Notes: a model not told the origin generated them from the sequence alone. DNA of 64,000 bases from an uncultured Candidatus Binatia bacterium (GCA_965214605.1 OZ243961.1:2208001-2272000); one strand, 5' to 3'. Counted from the first letter of the stretch, positions 20,951-31,400 are shown. A program made the numbers and translations.

Positions 20951-21116
20951 TTTGAGCAAAGCGAAAACGAGGGATTTCGACGTCTGTCGAACGGTCGGCT
21001 TCATTGTCCTGTTGCCATTATCGACCGCTCACAACCCAGCCTCTCAATACTTCATCTTGCTTTCTCCACCTCTCTCACGATAGGTATAGACAAATATCCT
21101 AAAGGAGGACGCTGTC

Positions 21117-21986
21117 GTGCAGGAGTTTGATTTCGCTGTCCCAGACACCTTGCAGCAGGCGGTTGAGCTGCTGAGCCGCGCCAATGGCGAGGCACGAGTC
21201 TTGGCCGGAGGGACCGACCTGATCCCCCAGATCAAAGAAAACCGATGCCGCCCGAATCTGGTTGTGGACATCAAAAAGATTCCGGAACTCAATGTGCTAT
21301 CCTCCGATGCCGACGGACTCCGCATCGGAGCCGCGGTGTCGTGTAGCGCCATTGCAAACTTTGCTGCGGTCAAGGAACACTATCCGGCGTTGGCCGAGGC
21401 TTGCGCCCTGATCGGCTCATATCAGATTCAGAACCGAGCTGCCCTGGGCGGCAATATCTGTAACGCCGCACCATCGGCCGACGCAGTGCCGCCGGTCCTG
21501 TCGTACGGAGGTAGCCTGGTAATTGCCGGTCCGAACGGACAACGAAAGCTCGCCGCAGAAACATTTTTTACCGGTCCAGGGCAAACCGTCCTGACCAGCG
21601 GAGAAGTACTAGTTGAGATACAGCTGCCGCACCCGCCGACCAAATCGGGCGCAGCGTATCTGCGCTTTATCCCCCGTGAGGAAATGGACATTGCGGTGGC
21701 CGGAGTTGGTGCGTTTGTTCAACTCAGCGCCGATGGCCGGAGCTGCCAGCAGGCTCGAATTACGCTCGCCTCGGTAGCACCCACGCCGGTCCGGGCCCAC
21801 GAAGCCGAGGCTTTTATGGCTGGGAAGGCGTTGGACGCGCCCACCATCGCCGAGGCCGGCGAGCTGGCGGCAAAATCGGCGCGTCCTATCTCGGACGTGC
21901 GTGGTTCGGCCGCCTATCGGCTTGAACTGGTCAAGGTCCTCACCTGCCGGACCTTGCAGACAGCGCTGGAAAGAGCCAGCAAATAG
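21117..21986 (+). CDS. xanthine dehydrogenase family FAD-binding subunit (CoxM-like)
   Basis: VLAGGTDLIP, QIQNRAALGGNICNAAPSAD, PISDVRGSAAYR. Confidence 0.93.
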   Translation: MQEFDFAVPDTLQQAVELLSRANGEARVLAGGTDLIPQIKENRCRPNLVVDIKKIPELNVLSSDADGLRIGAAVSCSAIANFAAVKEHYPALAEACALIGSYQIQNRAALGGNICNAAPSADAVPPVLSYGGSLVIAGPNGQRKLAAETFFTGPGQTVLTSGEVLVEIQLPHPPTKSGAAYLRFIPREEMDIAVAGVGAFVQLSADGRSCQQARITLASVAPTPVRAHEAEAFMAGKALDAPTIAEAGELAAKSARPISDVRGSAAYRLELVKVLTCRTLQTALERASK

Positions 21987-21999
21987 GGAGGAGAGGCGA

Positions 22000-22476
22000 A
22001 TGAAACGGGCGATAGAGCTCACCGTCAACGGAGACCCCCACACCGCAATCATTGATTCACGCGAGACTTTGCTCGATAGCCTGCGCTATAAACTAGACTT
22101 CATGGGGCCCAAAGAGGGCTGCGGAAACGGGAACTGCGGAGCCTGCACCGTCGAACTGAACGACCAGCTGGTTAATTCCTGCCTAGTATTGGCCCTGGAG
22201 GCGGAAGGGGCCGAGGTGCGGACGGTCGAAGGTGTGGCCGACGGAGACCGGCTGCACCCTGTCCAGCAAGCATTTGTCGACAACACCGGTCTGCAATGTG
22301 GTTTTTGCACGCCGGGTTTCATTATGTCGGCAAAATCCCTCTTAGAGCGCAACCCCAATCCCAGTGAAGCCGAAATTCGCCTGGCGATTTCGGGCAACCT
22401 GTGCCGCTGTACCGGTTATGACAAGATCGTCAAGGCTATCCAAGCCGCGTCCCAGGCTCTTTCACGGGCCGCCTAA
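22000..22476 (+). CDS. xanthine dehydrogenase family 2Fe-2S subunit (CoxS-like)
   Basis: KEGCGNGNCGACTV..NSCL, QCGFCTPG, GNLCRCTGY; GGAGG RBS. Confidence 0.93.
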   Translation: MKRAIELTVNGDPHTAIIDSRETLLDSLRYKLDFMGPKEGCGNGNCGACTVELNDQLVNSCLVLALEAEGAEVRTVEGVADGDRLHPVQQAFVDNTGLQCGFCTPGFIMSAKSLLERNPNPSEAEIRLAISGNLCRCTGYDKIVKAIQAASQALSRAA

Positions 22477-22493
22477 GATCAAGGAGAATTTTT

Positions 22494-24779
22494 ATGGCGG
22501 AGCATACTATTATTGGTAGACGTTTAGCAAAGGTTGATGGCCCGGAACGGGTGACCGGCAAGGCCGCCTTTGGCGCCGATCTGAGCCTGCCCAACATGCT
22601 GTGGGCCAAGCTGGTCCGCAGCCCCTATAGCCATGCCCGGATTAAAAAGATTGATCCCAGCAAAGCCCTGGCCCTGCCCGGAGTGAAGGCTGTTATCTGC
22701 GCCGACGACCTCCCACCCCTGGCCAAAGGCACGACCGCACCGCTAGTCGGCGAGGTGAGTATCGACATGAGTGCCATTCGCGAGCTGGTCATGGCCTCGG
22801 ACAAGGCGCGCTATCACGGACAAGCCGTGGCCGCGGTGGCCGCGACCGATCCGTTTACAGCCGAGGAAGCGGCAGAGTTGGTCGAGGTTGAGTACGAGGA
22901 ACTACCGGTGGTCGGCGGGATACTGCAGGCCATGGAGCCCGACGCACCACTGGTGCATGAAGACTTGTACACCACCGAAGAGGCGACCCAGGAGAAGTCG
23001 GCCCAGCCGAGCAATATCGCCACCCATATGGTGTACAGCCACGGCGATCCGGAAGCCGGTTTTAAGGAAGCCGATGTTGTCCTAGAGAAGACTTATACCA
23101 CACAAATGGTCCATCAAGGGTATATGGAACCCCAGGCCTGTGCGGCTCGGGTCGAACCGGACGGCAGGCTGACCGTCTGGACCTCGGCTCAGGGGCATTT
23201 TACTGTTCGCAATCAGCTCATCGCCCTGCTGAATCTACCAGCCAGCCGTCTGAACGTCATTCCAATGGAAATCGGCGGCGGCTTTGGCGGCAAAGCCCTG
23301 GCCCTCTTTGAACCGACAGTGGCAACTCTGGCCCAAAAAACCGGTCGGCCGGTCAAACTCGTTATCTCGCGGGAAGAAGTGCTGCGCGCGACCGGGCCGG
23401 GTTCGCCGGCGGTGATTACTGTCAAAGCCGGGGCTAAAAAGGACGGCACCTTGACGGCCGCCTCAGCCATCATGCGCTACGACGCCGGAGCGTTTCCCGG
23501 CTCGCCGGTTTCGCGCGGGCTGCTGGTTGGCCTCGCACCGTATAAACTGGCCAATCTCCATGCCGAAGGCTATGACGTGGTCACCAACAAACCCCGGGTG
23601 GCCGCCTACCGGGCGCCGGGCGGCACGCCGTCCGGGTTTGCCGTGGATTCCCTGATGGATGAGCTAGCCGAAGCCCTTGATATCGACCCGCTGGAGTTCC
23701 GCCGTCGCAACGCGGCCGAGGAGGGCGATATCTTGCCGCTGGGCATGCCGCTCAACCGTATCGGCCTGAGCCAGATGCTCGACCAGATCAAAACTCACCC
23801 GTGCTGGACAGACCCTCTGGAAGGTCCCAACCGGGGCCGAGGTTTGGCCCTAGGCTATTGGATCGGAGGGTCTTTCACGTCGAGTGCAGAAATCAAGATC
23901 AATCCCGACGCAACGGTGGCGATCTTCGTCGGGACCGTCGATCTGACAGGGACGCGGACGACGATTAGCCAAATGGTAGCCGATGAATTCCAGCTCGATC
24001 CCGGCCAGGTCACTATCAAAGTCGGTGATACCGATAGCGCGCCCTACGCCGACCTCAGCGGCGGCAGCCGGATTACGTATACGATGAGCGCGGCCATCCA
24101 TCAGGCCTGTCAGGATGTCCTCAGCCAGTGCAAAGCCCGGGCGGCCGAAAAGCTCAAGGTTCCGCCCGACGAGATTGAGTACGCCAATAAAAAGCTGTGG
24201 GCCAAGAGCAACCCCCAGCGGGTGGTGACACTCAAAGAGATTGCCCGCGAGAGTGTCGCCTGGGGGAGTGGACCCATCATCGGCAAGGGCAGCACCACTC
24301 GCATGCAACCGGCCCACGCCTACGCGGCCCACGTTGCCGATGTAGAAGTCGATCCAGATACAGGCAAGGTCCAGATCCTACGCTACACCTGTTTTCAAGA
24401 TGTTGGTAAGGCGATTAATCCGGCCCAGGTCGAGGGTCAGATCCAGGGCGGAGCGGTGCAGGGCATCGGTTGGGCTCTGAACGAGGAGTATATTTTTGAC
24501 AACGGGGTACTGGCCAACGCCAGCCTGCTTGACTATCGCTGCCCGGTTGCGCTTGACTTGCCGATGATCGAGGTCTCGCTGACCGAGGTCCCGGCCTCGG
24601 AGGGCCCGTACGGGCTGCGTGGAGTGGGCGAGGTGCCAATTGTGCCGCCAGCGGCCGCTCTGGCCAATGCCATCTATCGGGCGACCGGCGTGCGTTTACA
24701 GGAACTCCCAATGAACCCGGAGCGCATATTCTGGGCGCTGCACCAGAAAGACGATCAGCCGCTGGCCGCCGCAGATTGA
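22494..24779 (+). CDS. xanthine dehydrogenase family molybdopterin-binding subunit
   Basis: IGGGFGGK, AAYRAPG, GGSRIT, VEGQIQGGAVQGIGWAL, RGVGEVP. Confidence 0.93.
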   Translation: MAEHTIIGRRLAKVDGPERVTGKAAFGADLSLPNMLWAKLVRSPYSHARIKKIDPSKALALPGVKAVICADDLPPLAKGTTAPLVGEVSIDMSAIRELVMASDKARYHGQAVAAVAATDPFTAEEAAELVEVEYEELPVVGGILQAMEPDAPLVHEDLYTTEEATQEKSAQPSNIATHMVYSHGDPEAGFKEADVVLEKTYTTQMVHQGYMEPQACAARVEPDGRLTVWTSAQGHFTVRNQLIALLNLPASRLNVIPMEIGGGFGGKALALFEPTVATLAQKTGRPVKLVISREEVLRATGPGSPAVITVKAGAKKDGTLTAASAIMRYDAGAFPGSPVSRGLLVGLAPYKLANLHAEGYDVVTNKPRVAAYRAPGGTPSGFAVDSLMDELAEALDIDPLEFRRRNAAEEGDILPLGMPLNRIGLSQMLDQIKTHPCWTDPLEGPNRGRGLALGYWIGGSFTSSAEIKINPDATVAIFVGTVDLTGTRTTISQMVADEFQLDPGQVTIKVGDTDSAPYADLSGGSRITYTMSAAIHQACQDVLSQCKARAAEKLKVPPDEIEYANKKLWAKSNPQRVVTLKEIARESVAWGSGPIIGKGSTTRMQPAHAYAAHVADVEVDPDTGKVQILRYTCFQDVGKAINPAQVEGQIQGGAVQGIGWALNEEYIFDNGVLANASLLDYRCPVALDLPMIEVSLTEVPASEGPYGLRGVGEVPIVPPAAALANAIYRATGVRLQELPMNPERIFWALHQKDDQPLAAAD

Positions 24780-25727
24780 GGAGAGGGAGAACAGACGCAG
24801 CACTGGGCTATTCCGGCGGAGAGCTACACTCAACGTGGCGATATGATTCGGTAACACAGACGGTCTGGGCTAATAAATTTTTGACCTGGGGGAAAGCCCC
24901 ACAACCTCCCGTGCTCCACTCCTGTAAAGCGTAATCAGGGGAACAGTGCGGGGGATCAGGGGGTTTGCGCCAGGCGGAAGCCAAGATGTTATTGCGAGAG
25001 CTAAGTCGACACCGTGAGCCGCAGAGCGGCAATCACGGGTGTGGATCGCCACGGCGACTCGCCACGCCGCGACTGACGCGGCGGTGCCCGAAGAATGCCC
25101 TCTGAGGGGCCGCCAGCCGGTGGGACGGATAGTCGGCAGTCCGCCCCACCCCCTCCCACACCCCATCCATGCGGACGCCTGCTCCCCACGGGAGAGGTTG
25201 TATTATCGGAGTTGCCCCTGTGCCGGCATCGAATACTCTCGGCCAACTCCTCAGCTCCGCCGCCACTGTCGCGGCACCGTCCTGATGACTGACGAACAAT
25301 CCGTCCGCAGCGCCTATCGGGGGCTTGAGTGCCGCCGGCTCCCGCAGCGCGCCTGCCCATCACGACTCGCCAGGCGAGCGTCTCCAGGCACCCCCTGCGC
25401 TTCCACCACATACGCTCTGCTCAAATACTTCTTTAGATGGGTCTCCTCCTCCCGCCCGCGTCCTCGCAACCACGCCAAAAGACATCTTCGTAATCTCCTA
25501 CGCCGTCCAGTTCCGGGCAACAGTCGTGAGCACCGGCATGATCAGAAGGCCGGTCCCCACACTCGCAGGAGAACGCAGGACTTTACTTGTTTCCCCATCG
25601 TTTTCCATATTTCCGCAGCCGGAAATCAAGGGTAGAAAAGAGGCAGCCCTTGTGGATTCCCATCCGATTCTCCACACCCTCCGGAGAGAGGGAGGAGCAA
25701 GGAGGGTACAGCCCGCATTGGGTTAAA

Positions 25728-25925
25728 GGATGAGCAGAGCCAAAACACACCAGACCTGGGAACACGGACCGGAAGGTCAAGCAACGGCTTTAGCAATCAA
25801 GACCAAGGCGATCCGCCCTGGTCGGAGGGATTTTTGGAGCCGTTCATCCGCCGCCTAGAGATGCGTCTTCATGCTCCCGATCCACCTGTTCGGGCTCAGT
25901 CAGTCCATCTGGGTTGGCCTTTTTA
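25728..25925 (+). promoter_or_regulatory. structured leader and putative intrinsic terminator upstream of lysA
   Basis: GGATGAGC/GTTCATCC closing stem with internal hairpins; G-U-rich hairpin 25899-25918 followed by CTTTTT. Confidence 0.4.
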
Positions 25926-25976
25926 TGTGTTTCTGCTTATCTAGGCTGAACGACTTTTGCAAACGAGGATGAACAT

Positions 25977-27269
25977 ATGCCATCAGACACATCGGCCCCG
26001 AGCTGGTCGCCAAGCATGCTTGAAGACCTGGCTCAAAAAGTGGGCACGCCCTTTCTCATATATCAAGCTGATATCATTCGCAAAAAGATCGCCGCTATTA
26101 AGGATATGACTGCAACCCCAGGCCTACAGGCCCGCTTTGCTATGAAGGCGTGTTCCGGCCACCAGGTTTTGCACACCATGCGGCAGAACGGAATCTGGAT
26201 TGACGCGGTCTCGGGCAATGAGGTTTTGCGGGCGATGAAAGCTGGTTTTCCGTCCGGCCAGAATCCGCCGACGATTTTATATACCTCGGATGTGTTCCGC
26301 GACAACGCGCTTGAGGTCATTCTGGCTGAGAATATTCTCCCCAACGTCGGCAGCCCGTATATGATTGAGGCCTTGGCCCGGACCGGCTATCAAGGTGCGA
26401 TTGGACTGCGCCTGAACCCCGGTTTCGGTCACGGCCATGTCAAAGAGTGCGATACCGGCGGACCCAGCTCAAAACATGGGCTCTGGTACGAAGATATTGA
26501 CGATATCAAAAATGACGTTGAGGCTGCCGGCTTCACGGTCAGCCTACTGCACGCCCATATCGGAACCGGCCCTGAGGTTTCCGAGTTTGAAGCCAACATG
26601 CGTCGCCTGGTCGATTTTTTTATCGAACGCCTGCCACTCTTTCCCCAAGTCGAGGCGATCAACTTCGGGGGTGGTATTCCCCACCCCTATAAGCCTAGAG
26701 CGGCTAGCATCGACCTGGCAGCCTGTGGGGTGGTGTTCCGCCACGCTCAGCGGGCGTTTCAGGAGGCGGCCGGACGTGACATTCGGGTCGAGATTGAGCC
26801 GGGTCGTTTTTTGGTTGCTGACGGGGCGTCGCTGATCACCCGAGTCCACGGCCTCAAATCGACTCGGCCGAACGAAAAAGGCCCGGGCCAAAAATTTGTG
26901 ATGGTCGACGCTGGGTTCTGCGACCTGATCCGTCCGGCCATGTACGGCTCCTACCACCATATCGAAGTTATCGGTAAAACTGGCCAACCCGAGGAAGAGC
27001 TGGTCGTCGCCGGCCCGATGTGTGAGTCGGGCGACGTGTTTACCCGTGATGCCGACGAAATGCTTGACCCCCGCCTCCTGCCGACCCCGGAGGTCGATGA
27101 CCTGATTGCCATCCACGATGCTGGAGCTTACGGCGAGACCATGAGCTCCAACTACAATTCGCTCGGTCGCGTGCCCCAGGTGTGGTGCGACGACAGCGGA
27201 GCTTACCTGGTGTCTCGCCGTCAGACGCTGGACGACATTATTCGGACCGAGTGTTTTGAGGAGTTGTGA
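25977..27269 (+). CDS. lysA: diaminopimelate decarboxylase
   Basis: FAMKAC (PLP Lys), HAHIG, FGGG, EPGRFLVA, RPAMYG, GPMCESGD, GAYG..MSSNYN. Confidence 0.95.
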   Translation: MPSDTSAPSWSPSMLEDLAQKVGTPFLIYQADIIRKKIAAIKDMTATPGLQARFAMKACSGHQVLHTMRQNGIWIDAVSGNEVLRAMKAGFPSGQNPPTILYTSDVFRDNALEVILAENILPNVGSPYMIEALARTGYQGAIGLRLNPGFGHGHVKECDTGGPSSKHGLWYEDIDDIKNDVEAAGFTVSLLHAHIGTGPEVSEFEANMRRLVDFFIERLPLFPQVEAINFGGGIPHPYKPRAASIDLAACGVVFRHAQRAFQEAAGRDIRVEIEPGRFLVADGASLITRVHGLKSTRPNEKGPGQKFVMVDAGFCDLIRPAMYGSYHHIEVIGKTGQPEEELVVAGPMCESGDVFTRDADEMLDPRLLPTPEVDDLIAIHDAGAYGETMSSNYNSLGRVPQVWCDDSGAYLVSRRQTLDDIIRTECFEEL

Positions 27270-27291
27270 CCCATACTCGAGAGAGGGAAGC

Positions 27292-28062
27292 GTGCCTATC
27301 TGCGGTAGCGTGTCTGTCACGGTCGTCTGCCTTTGCCTACTCTGCTGCGACTTGAGTATGGCCTCTGACGCCCCCCAAACCGCCTTTTTCCGGGCCAACA
27401 CGCTCTACAGCCAGGGCCAATACACCCATGCCGCCCAAGCCTATGAACAACTCCTGACTACGGGCCAGCACAGCGGGAATCTGTATTTTAATCTGGGCAA
27501 CGCCTATTTCAAAAATGACCACATTGGCAAAGCGATTCTGAACTATGAACGCGCCCGGCGTATCGCGCCCGGCGACACCGATATTGAGGCCAACCTGGTG
27601 TATGCTCGCTCTGTCGCCGGCACAGAGGACTGTCCCCCCAGACTGTGGCACAGGCTGGTCTTTCCCCTCACCCACCGTTTCTCTACCGACGCCCTGGTAT
27701 GGATAACGAGCGCGGCGTACAGCCTTTGTCTCTTCGCTTTTACCGTGTACCGCCTGTGGCCCCGCCATCCCCGCTGGCTGGTGTCCGTGGCGCTGCTATG
27801 CACCGGGCTGTTTGTAATCATCGGGATGTCCTTGGTGCGCCAAATCTTCGTGAACGACTGGCAGCGTCCGGCGGTCGTCCTGGCCGATGGACAGACGCCG
27901 GTCCGATTTGAACCGGCCGAAACCGGGACGGAGCACTTTGTCCTCAAACAGGGCGCGCTGGTCCGCCTGCTCGAAAGCCGCCCGGGCTGGCATCAGATTG
28001 CCCGCTGCGACGGTCGTCGTGGTTGGGCAGCTGAACAGAGTGTGGAGAGCCTGTGGCAATAA
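27292..28062 (+). CDS. TPR plus SH3 membrane protein (BatE-like)
   Basis: ANTLYSQGQY..LYFNLGNAYFK..GKAILNYERA, two TM segments, C-terminal SH3-like GW..I..GRRGW. Confidence 0.8.
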   Translation: MPICGSVSVTVVCLCLLCCDLSMASDAPQTAFFRANTLYSQGQYTHAAQAYEQLLTTGQHSGNLYFNLGNAYFKNDHIGKAILNYERARRIAPGDTDIEANLVYARSVAGTEDCPPRLWHRLVFPLTHRFSTDALVWITSAAYSLCLFAFTVYRLWPRHPRWLVSVALLCTGLFVIIGMSLVRQIFVNDWQRPAVVLADGQTPVRFEPAETGTEHFVLKQGALVRLLESRPGWHQIARCDGRRGWAAEQSVESLWQ

Positions 28063-28654
28063 CGAATCGGGAAAATCGGCAATAGCCCTGTGGATGATGT
28101 GGCTTGACCCTTTCGCTTCTTGGAGAGAGAGCCCTCCATAATACTACCAACACGGAGGCACGCACCTACGCAACAAGCAAGCTGGACGCGGCCGCGATGC
28201 TGTCCGCATCCTAGGGACACAGACAACGCCCAGAACCTGGGGGGGGGGGGAGGTTCATAGGCACAGCCGCTCACGAGGGCGTGGAGTTGCTGCTGAAAGT
28301 CTATCTCAAAAGGGGCCTAGGCATAGCGCGGGAAGAGCCTGGGGACACGATCTTGGCAAGCTGTTCCAAGCAGGACCGTACCAAGGCCGAACTCCCCTAT
28401 CAACGCGTTGAGCAGCACCGTCCCGGACCTGGCAAACGGCTCGCAGTGATGGTGACGGGGGGCAACAGAGGCAGCGGCAAGTCCAGGTGAGCGAACTTCC
28501 CGGCATACTCACTAAAGACGATACGCCGTCTGCTGCATCCTCATATGGGCAATAAGATTTGATCGCGCCGATACAGCGCTGGCATCAAGCATAGGTAGGG
28601 GAAGGGGCCTGCCCCGAGGTGCTCTGTCCGGCCTTGGTCATGTTTTGCCCTCGC

Positions 28655-29857
28655 CTACCCCCAGGTCGCGTCATCGGCACTCATCGAGATGTCAAACGCT
28701 GTCTTGCCCAGCAGCTCAAGCGTGTCATCGGTGTCAACCGGGTGAAACAGGCCGGCCCGCACGTCACGGAAATAGCGTTCCAGGGGAAGCCGTTTGTAGT
28801 AGGAGATACCGCCGACCGCACGCATGGCTAGATCAACTACGCGGACTGAATTTTCAATAGCGATCATCCGGGCAGCCACGCTTTTTCGTCCCCACACACG
28901 GATGTCGTCGCGTTCGACCTCAGCCCCAGCTTTCCACATCGCCGCTCGCGCCCCCTCGATCAGGACGTCCATCTCACCGACTTTGTTATACACGCTAGGC
29001 AGATGACTCATTGGCTGCTTGTGCGGAAAACGCGACCGATCACGCATGAACTCTACCACAAAATTGCGTGCCGCTACCGCAATGCCGAGATATACCGCGC
29101 CCATGGAAAACGGGGCTTTGAGAAACAGACTCAGGATGCCGCCACGGGTAAAGACCGGCCGCTCCAGAAAAATCGCGTCATCCGGGATAAAGGCATTCTG
29201 GAGTTCGGTGCTGCGGGACTCAGTCGCCCGCATGCCCATCGTATTCCAGTCGTCTTTCATCAACAAGCCGGGAGTGTCGCGGGGAATCAAAAACGAGATA
29301 ATCTTCCCCTCTTTGGGATTGCTACTCGGCCCCCAGGTGGCTTCGGAAAAATAGCGATCAACGGCAATGCTCTGGGTGCTAAAAATCTTCTTACCGCTGA
29401 CCTTCCAACCTCCGGTCGTTGGCTCAGCCGTGGCCCTGGGGCGCAGCACGGTGACCGCATTATCGGCTTCTGAGCCTGAGCCACCGACAATCCAACGGTT
29501 CTCCGCGATCTGTCGCAGTAGGGCTTTGGCCCGCGTGTCTTTGGTTATGCGCCACGCATCGGTCACCACGCCGAGAATGTTGAAATGCATGTTGATCGCC
29601 AGAGCGGTTGGACCGCAGCCCTGGGCCAGGCGCTCCTGGGCTTTAATTCGTTCTAGCAAACTAGCCCCACCTCCCCCCAACTCGGTCGGGATAGTCATAA
29701 TCGAGTAGCCTGTCTTACGTAGCTCGACGTAGTTTTCGTACGGGAAAGAACGTTCTTCGTCGTGCTGGGCAGCGCGCTGCGCAAAATCATCGGCCATGCG
29801 GCCCGCCACATCAATCCAGTTCTGCTCATCCGCACTGTGATGTTGTTGCATGTCCAT
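28655..29857 (-). CDS. acyl-CoA dehydrogenase family protein
   Basis: VSGKKIFST, WNTMGMRATES, AMRAVGG..LERYFRDVRAG. Confidence 0.9.
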   Translation of the reverse strand: MDMQQHHSADEQNWIDVAGRMADDFAQRAAQHDEERSFPYENYVELRKTGYSIMTIPTELGGGGASLLERIKAQERLAQGCGPTALAINMHFNILGVVTDAWRITKDTRAKALLRQIAENRWIVGGSGSEADNAVTVLRPRATAEPTTGGWKVSGKKIFSTQSIAVDRYFSEATWGPSSNPKEGKIISFLIPRDTPGLLMKDDWNTMGMRATESRSTELQNAFIPDDAIFLERPVFTRGGILSLFLKAPFSMGAVYLGIAVAARNFVVEFMRDRSRFPHKQPMSHLPSVYNKVGEMDVLIEGARAAMWKAGAEVERDDIRVWGRKSVAARMIAIENSVRVVDLAMRAVGGISYYKRLPLERYFRDVRAGLFHPVDTDDTLELLGKTAFDISMSADDATWG

Positions 29858-29876
29858 AGTGTTCCCCTTTGTTTCC

Positions 29877-30776
29877 CTATCTCGATGTGAGTCCAACCTC
29901 CCTGGCAAAACGTTCCATCAGCCTCAGGACCCCGTCAAATTGATCGGTCCAGGCGAAGAATGCCAGGACGACGTGATTCAGACCATTCGCCTCATAACGC
30001 GGCAGGGCTACGAGCACGTCTTCAAAGCTGCGTTCGTATGAGAGCGCGGCATAAGTCAGTGAGTCGGGATCGCGGCCAGCCTGCTCGGCGAGCCGTTTGA
30101 TTGACACAATATCCTTGGCAAAGCCGTCTGGGTCGCGCCAAAACACGTGGCCATACCAACCATCACCGAGCGTGGCGGTGCGCCGCAGGGCGCGCTTGCT
30201 GTGACCGCCGATCCAGATCGGCGGATGCGGTTTTTGGACCGGTTTGGGCGCGCAAACAATGTCCGAGAATTTTTCGTAACGTCCGTCGAACCGAGCTTGG
30301 TCTTGGGTCCACAGCGCTTTCATGACCTGCAAATATTCATCGGTCTGGTCTCCGCGCTGGTGGTAGGGGGCATGCAGTACCTCAAATTCCTCTTGCAGCC
30401 ACCCCGAGCCACCGCCGAGTATCACCCGACCGTGCGACAAGACATCCATGCTAGCGACCATCTTGGCAGTCACGACCGGACTCCGATATGGCACAATCAG
30501 TACCCCGGTGCCCAGCCGGATGGTCGTGGTACAGGCGGCGACATAGCTCAGGACGGTCAGGGGATCGAGAAAGTTATCGTTGCTATCAACCGGGAATTTC
30601 CCTTCCGGGTGATACGGATACTTGGACTGGAGCTGAGCTGGAAATACCACGTGATCGCCGACCCAGACCGAGTGATAACCCAGCGCATCTGCCCGCTGGG
30701 CGACAGCCTGAATCCGCTCAGCCACCTGCTCGCGGGCAAATGCGCCAATGTGGGGAAGCACAACGCCGAATTCCAT
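29877..30776 (-). CDS. LLM class, probably F420-dependent, oxidoreductase
   Basis: GYHSVWVGDHV, DPLTVLSYVAACTTTIRLGTGVL, PKPVQKPHPPIWIGG. Confidence 0.92.
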   Translation of the reverse strand: MEFGVVLPHIGAFAREQVAERIQAVAQRADALGYHSVWVGDHVVFPAQLQSKYPYHPEGKFPVDSNDNFLDPLTVLSYVAACTTTIRLGTGVLIVPYRSPVVTAKMVASMDVLSHGRVILGGGSGWLQEEFEVLHAPYHQRGDQTDEYLQVMKALWTQDQARFDGRYEKFSDIVCAPKPVQKPHPPIWIGGHSKRALRRTATLGDGWYGHVFWRDPDGFAKDIVSIKRLAEQAGRDPDSLTYAALSYERSFEDVLVALPRYEANGLNHVVLAFFAWTDQFDGVLRLMERFAREVGLTSR

Positions 30777-30895
30777 GAGCCCTCCTTACTGTGTCAGCCT
30801 CCAAAACGCGGGCCATTCTTCTCAGCGTCTTGCCACGTTTTGCCCAAAAAGCCAAGATCTGTTCGCTGGCAGAGCGGAAGACTTGAGCCGCTCGG

Positions 30896-31400
30896 GATGG
30901 GACGCGATTGACAGGGTTACAGAGAAAAACCTGCGTCTTGTGGACGCGGTCGGTGTGTGGTGCGCCTTGGGCTACGCTATCCTGGCCGCGCTGGTCCCCG
31001 ACAACCCGGCGAGCCTCAGCTGCCCGCCTTCGGCGTCCTCGTCATCTGGAGCGGCCTGCCGGTCTTCAGCCTGTATCTATACAACCACGACACATCTTTC
31101 CCTGTCGGTCGGATGCTGTTCTGGGCGGTGGTGTTTAGGATGTGTGGGCTGATCGGCGGACCGTTCTTTGAGGACGACTTTTATCGCTACCTCCGGCTCT
31201 CCTTTGCAACGGCCGGTACGCCTTACGGTAACCGGGCTCAATATGAACGACACCAGCCTGCAAGCCTACCAACAGCCGATGTGGGCGCGGCTTGTGGAGT
31301 TCGGTATGATCCTGCTAGCGCTAGCTTGGCCGCTATTCAGACCCCGCCCCATGGACACTGCACCCCGCCCGGTCCCCGAGAGACGCGACCTGTCGTATCA
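30896..31400 (+). pseudogene. membrane glycosyltransferase (DUF2029/GT87-like) remnant
   Basis: Hydrophobic segments then PFFEDDFYRYL; frameshifted, most of the gene missing. Confidence 0.45.

Noticed and set aside
19864-21004. Long minus-strand ORFs of 360 and 367 aa
   Set aside because: Chance read-through of mobC, relaxase and higA remnants in very GC-rich DNA.
22494-24779. Aerobic CO dehydrogenase (coxL)
   Set aside because: Lacks AYxCSFR and has no cox accessory genes nearby.
24800-25700. ORFs in the region between the Mo-subunit gene and lysA
   Set aside because: No recognisable family; probably decayed sequence that I cannot assign.
25730-25858. Canonical lysine riboswitch or Lys-rich leader peptide
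   Set aside because: L-box conserved motifs are not recognisable; the 42-codon ORF has only three scattered Lys codons and poor RBS spacing.
28233-28256. G12 tract flanked by GAACCT/AGGTTC, and C11 at 54337-54347, as phase-variation switches
   Set aside because: Both are intergenic with no identifiable gene or promoter to switch; they may be sequencing artefacts.
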